From: Rhina ancylostomus
Taxonomy: Eukaryota
Length of the DNA: 64,000 bases
Reading direction: 5' to 3'
Assembly: GCA_030265395.1 (NCBI GenBank)
Contig: JARFYF010000012.1
Location: forward strand, 25,095,174-25,159,173
Shown here: positions 53,572 through 64,000 of the stretch, in pieces
Layout of the letters: each line of letters begins with the position of its first letter
Position numbering within the stretch: position 1 is the stretch's first letter
Notes under the pieces: model-generated
What the model was told of the DNA's origin: nothing
The model's database searches: none
The model's input: the letters and a program-made list of their open reading frames with translations, nothing else
Made by a program: the position numbers and the translations under genes

Positions 53572-54651
53572 AGAAACATAGTACATAGAAAACCTGCTGC
53601 ACAATACAGGCCCTTTGGCCCACAAAGTTGTGCCGAACATGTCCCTACATTAGAAATTGCTAGGCTAACCCATAGCCCTCTATTTTTCTAAGCTCCATGT
53701 ATCTATCCAAAAGTCTCTTAAACGACCCTATCGTATCCACCTCCACCACCATTGCCTGCAGCCCATTCTGCACACTCACCACTCTCTGAGCAAAAAGCTT
53801 ACCCCTGACATGTCCTCTGTACCTCTTCCCCAGCACCTTAAACCTGTAGTCTTCTTGTGGCAACTATTTCAGACCTGGGAAAAATCCTCTGACTATTCAT
53901 CTGATCAATGCCTCTTATCATCTTATACACCTCTATCCAGTCACCCGTCATCTTCCGTTGCTCCAAGGAGGAAAGGCCAAGTTCACTCAACCTGCTTTCA
54001 TAAGGCATGGTCCCCAATCCAGGAAACATCCTTGTAAATCTCTTCTGCACCCTTTCTATGGCTTCCACATCCTTCCTGTAGTAATGCAACCAGAACTGAG
54101 CACAGTACTCCAAGTGGGGTCTGACCAGGGTCCTATATAACTGCAACATTCCCTCTCGACTCCTAGAATCAATTCCACGATTGACGAAGGACAATACACC
54201 ATATGCCTTCTTAACTACAGACTCAACTTTTGCAGCTGCTTTGAGCGTCCTATGGACTTGGACCCCAAGATCCCTCTGATCCTCCACACTGCCAAGGGCC
54301 TTACCATTAATACTATATTCTGCCATCATATTTGACCTACCAAAATGAACCACTTCACACTTATCTTGGTTGAACTGCAACTGCCACTTCTCAGCCCAGT
54401 TTTGCATCCATCTATGTCCCGCTGTAACCCCAACTGCCCTCCACACTATCCACAACACCTCCAACCTTTGTGTCATCAGCAAACTTACTAACCCATCCCT
54501 CCACTTCCTCATCTAGGTCATTTATAAAAATCACGAAGAGTAAGGGTCCCAGGTCAGATCCCTGAGGCACACCACTGGTCACTGACCTCCATGCAGAATA
54601 TAACAACCACTCTGCCTTCTGTGGGCAAGCCAGTACTGGATCCACAAAGCA
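53571..54651 (-). mobile_element. Relatively young CR1 (HER1-like) LINE, 5'-truncated
   Basis: [45 protein letters not shown], then WAEKWQLQFNQDKCEVVHFG...LYRTLVRPHLEYCAQFW...ERVQKRFTRM. Few frameshifts; 3' tail (ttctatgt) repeats at 53571-53590. Confidence 0.95.
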
Positions 54652-54811
54652 CAACTATAATCTATTGTGCTCCCACTCTTTTACTCTGATTGGGGTGAAC
54701 CATATAAACAAGGTGCTTTCAACATGCCAGATATTTGTTCACAGTAAACTCTGAGAAGGAGGCCTGTGAGGAAGACCAAGAGTGCAGCTTCAGACCTGTT
54801 CTATGTACTTG

Positions 54812-55140
54812 TCATAGAGTCATGCAACATAGAAACAGGTCTTTCAGCCCATCAAGTCTGCACCAGTCATCCATGAATCCCATTTTATTCTCTCCACAAT
54901 CCCATGAATTTCTCTAGATTCTACAGCTCACCTACATATCATGAGCAATTTACGGTTTCCATTTAATGTACCAATCTGCACATTTTTGGCATCTAGGAGA
55001 AAGCTGGAGCACTCAAGTGAAACCCATGCAGTCACAGGAAGAATATGCAAATTCTACACAGACAGTGTATGAGGTCAGAATCAAACCCAGGTCACTGGAG
55101 CTGTGAGGCAGTAGCTTTACTTGCTGCACTACTGTGACCC
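54812..55140 (-). mobile_element. HE1-like V-SINE (tRNA head, V domain, CR1-derived tail)
   Basis: Tail catagagtcatgcaacatagaaacaggtctttcagccc, V-domain aaacccatgcagtcacaggaagaatatgcaaattctacacagacag, and head gaatcaaacccaggtcactggagctgtgaggcag. Confidence 0.85.
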
Positions 55141-55614
55141 TATTTGTTGTCGGCTCCTCATTTCCCATTTAATGATCTTCTGCTCCTATTCAGATTTTAC
55201 TGGCAACGTTCAGGAATTTGGGAAATCTGAACATGCTGAATGAAATTCAATAACTGCAATTAAAATCACTCTTAATGACTAATAAACATAATTAAATTAG
55301 CAACTGGTCTGTCCCACATGGGCATTGAAGCCTGAGTGAGGCTGGTCCTGATAACTGCAAAATATATTTGAATTAAATCTGAAATTCATTGGGTTCAAGT
55401 CAGCTTTCTGGTAGTCACCACTTCACCCGGCATCCTGCTGGAAAATCGCATGTAAGGTAAAATGCAACACCTTTTAAAAAATATTTTAATGATTCATCCA
55501 GATCCTTTTCCTGTTTTTCGACACACCAAAGTATACAAAAGTATGGTTTTCACCCCTTTTTCTAGACTATTGCATACCTTTTACAGACAGAAAATGGAAA
55601 ATCAGATTACATTG

Positions 55615-56092
55615 AAGGAAAGAACTTCCATTTATACAATGCTTTTCACATTGTCAAGATACCCCAAAACACTCAAAGTCAGTGAATTACTTTACAAGAA
55701 AGTGCAGCAGCAATTTCACACAGGTAAAGTCAATGTGACAGAATGAAATGGTTTGGTGCTGCATGTTAAGGGATAAATATTGGCCAGGGCACAAGGAGAA
55801 CTCCCTGCTCTTCTTCAAACAATTGCTGGTGAGTTCTTTCATAACTAATGTTATTACATGGTACTACTGGAAGGGTGGCTTGTCAGGTTAATCAACATAC
55901 GGCATAGCTGGATAGGCTGAATGAGCTTCAGTATAAACTCTCAGTGAAAACAATAGCACCTCCAACAGAACATCTCACCCATGGGGTTACATTGAGGGCT
56001 TGCATAAGTGACTGCTAAAGTCACAGAGTGGAGCTTGAGGGCACAATCTTCCAATTCAGTGCAAAGAACACTTCCACTGAGCCAAGGTGACA
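55615..56092 (-). mobile_element. DeuSINE/SacSINE1-like SINE remnant
   Basis: aaagaacttccatttatacaatgcttttcac... and ggataaatattggccagggcacaaggagaactccctgctcttcttcaaa... through ccactgagccaaggtgaca. Confidence 0.65.
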
Positions 56093-56249
56093 TCTAGTGG
56101 TCTACTGCAGAAAGGAAGCTGATATATTCATGTTACTGTGTGGGAGAAGTGGCAAATGGGTGACAGGTGTGTGACATAGCTCTATTGTTTGTTGAGTATA
56201 GAGTTCATTTATGGAATCTTGGCTGCACAGTGCTAGCACCATTCTGCTT

Positions 56250-57430
56250 TCAACACCATTTGTGCCTGCAGGGCAAATAACTGATATAAATGGGAGAAAG
56301 CTGTATTACAGAATGCAATCCAACAGGCATAATTAAAAGGATTTGGCAACATAGCTCCATAAGGGAAATTTTGAGCAAAACAAAATCTAATAATATACTT
56401 TTATACGAGTCAGTCATTTGAAAGACTGCTGTCAGATTGATGTGGGTGGGGATGATGGTGGCAGGTGCAAAAGAAATGGGAGGAGGGCCCGATAAAGGAA
56501 AAGCCAAAAGCAGACCAATCTCAAAGTATGGAATAATGTGTTTGGGTAGGTAGCAGAGCGCTATAGATCTGAATGGCTTGATTGATGTTTCATGAAGTGA
56601 AAGTGAGCACAGCATAGTGTAAATGCATCTTTCCCACAAAATGGTAAATGATTATACTTTACAGAAGGTGGGAAGCAAGCAGAATATAGATCATTGTATC
56701 TGCATGACCTAGAAACTGGCATAGCAGATGACACAATATAAACATGCTTATCAGTACCACATAGAAAGTTATGAGTGCAAGATTACTGCCACAAAAATGT
56801 AACCTTTCTATTCCATATGCATGTGCTTTCTTGTGCCTAGCTCTCATCCAATTTTCTCACCATTTAATTACAGCTAATTGAAAACTAATTATTTGGGTTC
56901 TGATTTATTACAACAATTACATTTATTTAGCATGTATAACTTGGAAAAATATCACTGGATATTCAAATACAATGCCTGACACATTTGCATGTTGTGTCAT
57001 AGGAGGTATGAGGAGAGATTACCAAAATTTGGTCAAAGTGGTTGGTCTTTGAGCTGGAGGGTTGGATGGAGAAATTTAGGGAAGGAACCTCAGTGCGTTG
57101 GTCCCATGTGGCCAAAGATGAATGTAAGATGCAGAAATACATTCCTGAAAGATGGGGGAGAATGAAAGAACATTCACTGCTGGAGATACTCTGGCTGCAA
57201 CTGAGGCAAGTAGGAACAGAATTAAGTAAAGGTGGGCAGGGGGGAGAGATGTTGTGGGAGGATGATGTGAAGGATAATGTCAAAGTCTGCAGAAAGATTG
57301 AGGAAGGATTGTATAATATGAACACAATCACAGAGCATATGATTCTTAAATTTTTATAAGGATGTCTTGGTGCTGCTGTGTGGGTGAAAACCTGATGGAG
57401 AGAGTTAAACAGAGTTGCATTCTAGAGCCT
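56250..57430 (-). mobile_element. Decayed L2-type LINE fragments
   Basis: Purine-rich decayed stretches; ttggtctttgagctggaggg...aaatttagggaagga..cagtgcgttggtccc resembles the reverse of an L2 3' region. Confidence 0.4.
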
Positions 57431-59339
57431 TGCTATAATCCAACATCCACTGGGTTCACATGTTGAACCATTATAATGCAGAGGTGGACACTTTCCTGTA
57501 ACCAAAGGCAGACTTTTGGTTAGGTTTAGAGTATTTCCTCCTTACTGCCTGAAAATTGTAGCATTGGCACTGGTACATCTGACACATCCAATTTTGTGTC
57601 AGTGACACTGACACAGTGAAATCGACCTGTGTAATGCTATTCAATGTGAAAGGAGATGAAAGTACAGACTTATGATTTGTGATCAGGAGATTAGCAATAT
57701 TGCATTGTTACCCAGAAATCAGCCACGGGCACAAGATCTGAGGAATGGTATCCATATTTGTAGTTTGCCTGCAGGTGGGCTTGCTGCAAATGATAAAGCT
57801 CTACAGCTGTTGGTCTTCTGATTCACTGCAACAATAGCTGTTTGGCCTCAGACTTTGACAGGTAAAGGTGTTAAGGTCTAAATATATGTTCTGTTCTCTG
57901 GCACCTTTGCATCATTTTAGTTTATTTAAAATAGATTAAAATAAATTTACATTGAGATTAAAAATACCCCCAAAATAAATAGGAAAAGACATACTGAACT
58001 AAATTCTTTAAAGAGGAATATTGTAATAACATGTCGTGAAAACAGTGCAAAAACTTTTCCCACTTGAAGAATCCTCATGGCCAAAGAACTTCTCATACTC
58101 CAAACAGAGCCAGCACAAACATAGGTCATGGGGCTTTGTGCCTTATTCGAGTATTTTTGCACATTATATTGTTTGCCACATTCAGTTCATAACATTGTTA
58201 CATCATCAATAATTTTGTAGCATAAATAGGCAGCAGTAAAACAACTTTTTGTTGGTTGGTGTAATGAGTGACATGCAGTTGTTCTACAAGGCTCTGGCAA
58301 GTATAAATGTAAATGAAAACATGTCATTTAAGTGAGTGGTGGCCAATCTTGAGCATATGACTCCCTTTCATGGGGCTGCCAAAGATCACAAGGGGTCTGT
58401 GATTCGTTAATAATATTGAACTATGGTTAGGAATATTTAGTTACAGCATTCACAAAATAATTAGAGGATAAGTATATACCTGCCCTGGTTATAGGGCTGC
58501 TAGCAGTCCTTGGGAACCAGCTGGACAGCTCCAATTTGTTAAAAGTAGTCCATGACATAATTAGGCATTTCAGGGGGGTTACGTATTTTACCAAGTGTGA
58601 ACAAGTGGGCTTCAAAATGTTTGGGAACCATTAATATAAGTTACAAATGCACCAGTTGCAGCCTTTATCATTTCTGGTTCATCTAATCAATTGGATCTCT
58701 ACTTAACTTCTCATTAGGCAATCACAGATCACTTTTATTGTGACATGAATATCACTGATGACCTTTATTTGAACTTGTAAATAATCACTTTGGTAAGAAG
58801 GTAATCAGTGGTAGTAACTAAGTCATTGTTAACAGCAGTTAAAGAAGGAATTATTTTAGTAATCATCTCATGCAAAAGAAATGTGTTTGTAACAATTACC
58901 TAAATGAGCATTTTTAACGACTGCAAATTGGATACAAAACACATTGATCTATTTTCAGATACATTCCTACAGATGAGACGTGGAAATATTTTAACTTTCA
59001 AAATGCATTAGTATTGCAACTTTCTTAAAGAATATGTATATTAGAGAAATCAAGTCTGCATCTATTATGTCTAAATTGTATTAGAATATATGACCTATTG
59101 AAATATGTTGTTAAAGGAAGACCATACATGAGACACACTAACTACAGAAAGGAAGAATGTAAAAGCGAAGGTTTCTGTCTTGTGGAGAAGTTAGCACAAG
59201 AATGACTTTTGATGAGCTTACCATTACAGATTTCTTTATGTATTTTTCCACAGAAAGTTATTTATAAACACTGAATTTTTAAAACAAGAACCCCAGTTAT
59301 AAAAAAAAACTAAAATAGGAACAAAAAAAATTGCAGTCC

Positions 59340-59660
59340 GTGTTATAATGTATTTCCCTACCTCTGAAACCCTCTCCAATCTTTTAAGTTCTCCTGTTTT
59401 GGCTTCAGTAGCATCATCTCTTAGCTCCACCACTGGCAGCCCTGTCATTTTGCTGTCTCAAGCTCTAAAATTCCCTTATGATGCTGAGCTTCCTCTCTAC
59501 CTCTTTAAAACATTCCTTGAAATCTGCTATTCTGTCCAAGCTTTGAATCAGGTGTCCCAATATCTCCTTCTATGGTTCGGTGTCAAATTGGATTGGACAA
59601 TGTTCCAGTGAAGTACTGAAGGACATTTTACAATGCTAATGATAAATGCAGGAAATTATA
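59340..59660 (+). mobile_element. L2 LINE 3' end
   Basis: ctctctacctctttaaaacattccttgaaatctgctattctgtccaagcttt...tggttcggtgtcaaatt...cagtgaagtactgaaggacattttac...ataaatgcag. Confidence 0.6.
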
Positions 59661-59679
59661 GTTGTACCAAAATGTAGCA

Positions 59680-59975
59680 GGCAGTTGATCCAATGATCAG
59701 GATTGAGGCAAATGACTAGATACTGTACAGGACAATGAGAGTAAAATCCCTTCCACTTTTTCCAGAAATCCAATGGATTATTTGATGTTTGTCTGAGAGG
59801 GCACTAAAGGCCCAGAGTTAGCATATCATCTGAAAGACAGGATTTCTAACAAAGTAGAACTCCATTAGATGAGGTTCCAACCTTATTTTTGTGTTCAAGT
59901 CTCTAGAATAGACTAGAAGTCTCATTCTTCTGATGTAGAGATGATACTGCAACCACAGATCAATGGTTGACACCA
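59680..59975 (-). mobile_element. DeuSINE-like SINE remnant
   Basis: tgtctgagagggcac..ggcccagagttagcatatcatctgaaagacagg...ttttgtgttcaagtctctagaatagactagaa. Confidence 0.5.
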
Positions 59976-62900
59976 TAGGTGGCTAACATGCTAATGTGCT
60001 AACTTTGAAGATAGATCCCCATTGTCTATAAATAATAATCTGAATCGGATGATTGCAATTAGCGCTCACCTCTGTGTTACTCCACAGTAAAACTACTGTA
60101 GGTCAAGTTACAGAGTACAACTACCCATTACTGTCTGTGCATGTGTCAGTTCAATGTCACGTTAAAGCTGTCATTACAACAGATGGCAGAGCACTGCTGC
60201 TTTGTGTATGTTGACATGTACAGAGAAAGCAGTTCCTTATGGTAATTACGCAGTGGGTGTCAACTTTGTGGGTGCAGCCAATCAGGAAATGCTAACTGTT
60301 GATCACCCTTACAATGTAATTCTCTGCTGTCATACTGAAATTTTAACTGTGATACTCTGGTATATTTCTGAAGAAGGTTTCATATAATAGTTGTATTAAC
60401 AAATCTTATTGATATTGTGTCCATTGTCATATACATTTGCACTAATCATCAATTAATCATCTGTGTAGTGCATTTCATTACTATTTACAGATATGAGTAA
60501 AAATGCATTTACCTTTATATGTTATATCTTTTCTATGACCTTATACACTTACCATCACTTTCCAACTTTACATGTGCATTTGAACTGGATATTCTTTTAA
60601 TCTATCATCCGGTATGCTGGATCAATAGATATATGTGCTGAGTAACTGGCCTCAAATCAGTATTAAAATTAAATGGTTGGACTAAAATAAATTGGTAGTA
60701 GGATTGCTTAGAGAAAGAGAACTTATACTTCTTGAGTTTGGCACATTTTGGAATGAAATTCCAGCATCAAGGTTTCAAAGTGCTTTGGGTTCAGTTGACA
60801 CATTAAAACCTACAAAACGTGCTGAGAACAGAGAGCTGGAGCATAAATGCAAGAAAAAACAAATTTTGAAGTATTTGTACTACCTACTTCGATTCACGTG
60901 CAGATAAATAGACGGATAGTTCAACTGAACTCGCAACAAACTCATACACAGAAGAAAGATGATATGGAATGGAGGGATACAATAACACTCCCTCCATTCT
61001 ATATCACCTTTGGAATATAGATATTCTGATAACAGTCATAAATGAGTTATGGTCAGTGGCACAACTAGGATATTGGTAGTATCCCACCAATCCTCTTCAC
61101 AATTATTCTGTTCATTAGTTTGTTTCAGTGTTAAAGCACATGTAGTTACCTTTGTTTCATATGCCAATTTGCTAATAAGAATGATAAAGGTCAGATATAA
61201 ATTTCACTTTAAAAAAGGACAAACCGGTGCAGCTTCTAATGTTGCAAATGTTATTTCATAACAGTTTAATTTTGCTATCATGGTGTCATTTTGAAATTTA
61301 GAAACTATTTCAGGCAGATGATGTCACTATATGCAGTACAATAATGTAACAAAGTATGGAATGTAAATGGATATTTGCTTTAAAATATCTGGTCCATCAA
61401 TTGAGCTTTTAAAAGTTATGCTCATAGACTCTTCTTAGATAATCAAAGAGGATCAGGACATTGCAATCAACTGAAAGTGTATGTTAAGATGGAGGGATGG
61501 GTTGCATCTGTTTTCAGCAGGTCCAAAGTTTTAAACAAGAAAACACGTACAAAGGCTTTCTATCTGCAGGATTTCACTATTGCTAATAGTAGCGACTGCT
61601 TAGAAAGTGAGTTCAGCAGTGTTCTGGAGATGACTGGAGGTAAATAATCGTATAGGACCAGGGAGGAGGAGGTGGTAGGGAATCACAGGGAAAGGAGAGG
61701 ATTATGAGGGGAATAAATGTGACAGCTTACGGCAGACTTTCGATTGGACATATGGCTGACATTACCAATGTTATCATCTGAGTGGCAGGGGAGAGGGTTA
61801 TGAAAGGGAAAAGGATCATAGAGAAAAGGAGCTTGGTTGGGGGGGGGGCGGGGTGTGTGATTAGAGCATCACGAGGGCCATATTGCAGGGACATGGAGGA
61901 TAATGGCTTGGGGAAAATGAATAAATCAGAAGAGAGGGCTCAAACAGGGAGACAGTGGAAGGAGTCAGGCTGAGAGATAATCAGAGAATGGGGGATATGG
62001 TCAGTTAGGGACGTAATCAGGGGATGGCTAGTCATTTAGGGTGATGACAGTTACCATCAAAGAGAATGTAAAGAAGCCACTTACCCAGAGGAAGGTGGAT
62101 GCCTCAGCTCCATGGCACATTTCAGATAGGATTGGGTCCCATTAACAATGAAGGAACAGGTCTCAACCATCTGGCTGAGATCACCTTCATTGAGTGAGGA
62201 TTGTGCCAACTGTGGGCCCATTCATTGTGTACAATTTTGCACAAATGATGTTAATTCAAGCCCAGCAGGTTCAGCAGCCCTGCAAATGGAGCTTCATCTC
62301 ACTGCCAGAAGTTTGCTACTTCAATATATATATTGCAATCATATTTGTTAACTGTTTTTAAATTGGGATTTCTGAAATTCCAGGTCATGATTTCTTTTCC
62401 AGGGTCCACCAGGTCATGAAGTAAAAAAACGTGCAACGTTGATTGTACATTGGTAGGTTACGTTCTGTGGACGACATTCCTATGGCTTCAATTAAACTGA
62501 ACCATAATGTATGCAAGATGCCTGTTTTTGAAATAGCCACAGGAAAAGACAACTGTTCCAAATAAATTATCCCTGTCTCAAATGCTCTCAGAACTAGTTC
62601 AGTAGTTAAATTTACCACTTTCGTTCAATCAATCTGTACCATAATTGTGTTAATTTTCCTTCTTTTGGTACTCAAAGCTGGTCTGCTCACCTCAGGAACA
62701 CCCAATAGTAAATTTGTACTTTTACTTGCAAAGGCATTTTTTCCAGGTAGTTATTTTTATCCATACTTATAAAGAGAATAGAAATAAATTTTAAAAATTA
62801 GGCATAAAGACCTGTTCATTGATGTATTTGCATTGATATAAAGCGACATGGGACAATTACGTAGTAATATGGTTAAAGTACCCAGTTTAATAAGAGAAAC

Positions 62901-64000
62901 CACTTCTTACCACATTAATCAGAATTATTTTGATCTCAATCTTAAAACTTCAAAATATTCTGATTGCTCATTAATGTTAGAGCAATAAATGAAAAAAGCA
63001 CATTATTTCCTTTATACCACGTTAACCTGACTATGTGAAATAGTCTGTCGACAGTGCAGTCATTTTCATTTACTATTTCATGACAACTGACCATGATGGA
63101 GTATTCTGTTTCTTCCCACAATGTATTATGTGTCAAGCCACACACAGACTATCGAATTAATATAGATTAATATACTTTGCTTAATGTTGTGTGCGACATG
63201 GTTGTCCTTCTATTATCTACCAGTTTACTTGTTAATCAGATATTTGAAGGATAGTGTTTTTTGCCCAGGATCATACACAATGAAAATCAATCAAATGTTT
63301 CTCATGAGGTTTATTATTTCCCTTTTATGTTTGATTAGAATTAAAAAAAACTTCTTTGCCTCTGTAGTTTATATGTTGTAAAATCTAAGTTATTAATATT
63401 AATGTGGCATATCTTTTGATATAATTATATTCATTGTGCAAAGTACTGCATAAATACCATACACAAAATGTTTGATGCATGCTGAATTTTTATTAGTCGG
63501 ACTTCTTGTTACACCGTTCCAGAGGTGGAAATGTGAATGTTTTTTTTCTCTGCATATACAAATCATTCTTATTAGCAAACTATATTAACTACATCTATCA
63601 AATTCCAAGATGATTATTTGTGATGTCTAAATTAACAGAAGTTTCTTTTTCTACCAGTACCTCCCAATTAATTGACATTCTGTTCCTATAAATAGGCTTA
63701 TGCAAGTTAAAGGGTTAAAGTAATAAATGCTTGGTTTCTATAATATATCCTTATGATTTAAATTTATATTGTGTGCAAACCAATAGACGAATGAGTTTTA
63801 AATTTACTGCAATAAACATGGTCCTTTAAGACACATTTTCTGGTATTTCATCTTATATTACTTATAAAAATTAATTTTAACTACTTAATTCTTAATTATA
63901 ATAATAATTCTTAGCCCCCAGATCAGTAATCCTTAGGTTATTACTATGTGTCATGTAATATAAGTCAGGCATGTCAGCTGTAGTCTCAGTGGTAGTAAAA

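Noticed and set aside
53838-54512. Longest ORF (224 aa) as a host gene or active reverse transcriptase system
   Set aside because: It is a frameshifted, 5'-truncated CR1 ORF2 fragment.

Overview
This is AT-rich vertebrate genomic DNA from a gapped assembly. The repeat content (HER1/CR1-type LINEs, an HE1-type V-SINE, DeuSINE/SacSINE-type SINEs, Rex1-type and RTE LINEs) points to a cartilaginous fish (shark or ray). The one clear protein-coding gene is the COE/EBF transcription factor EBF3 on the minus strand. Coding exons 1-6 (28770 down to 22578; 134+157+64+56+74+69 = 554 nt, all GT-AG) encode most of the DNA-binding domain, including the zinc knuckle. The large intron 6 then runs off the left edge of the window. 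The gene start sits in a ~14 kb CpG-retaining, LINE-free domain. The right half is upstream gene desert with CTCF-like motifs and old transposons. The most unexpected element is an intact, splice-flanked 200-nt exon at 4553-4752 (+ strand, antisense within EBF3 intron 6) that encodes a fibronectin type III domain resembling the membrane-proximal FN3 domain of CD45/PTPRC, with no rest of that gene visible. A structured, unclassified hairpin element lies nearby (~6950-7200). No prokaryote-type system (CRISPR, operon, defence island) is present. Most ORFs in the supplied track are chance ORFs or transposon remnants. Repeat boundaries were read by eye and are approximate, and family comparisons are from memory, not from searches.
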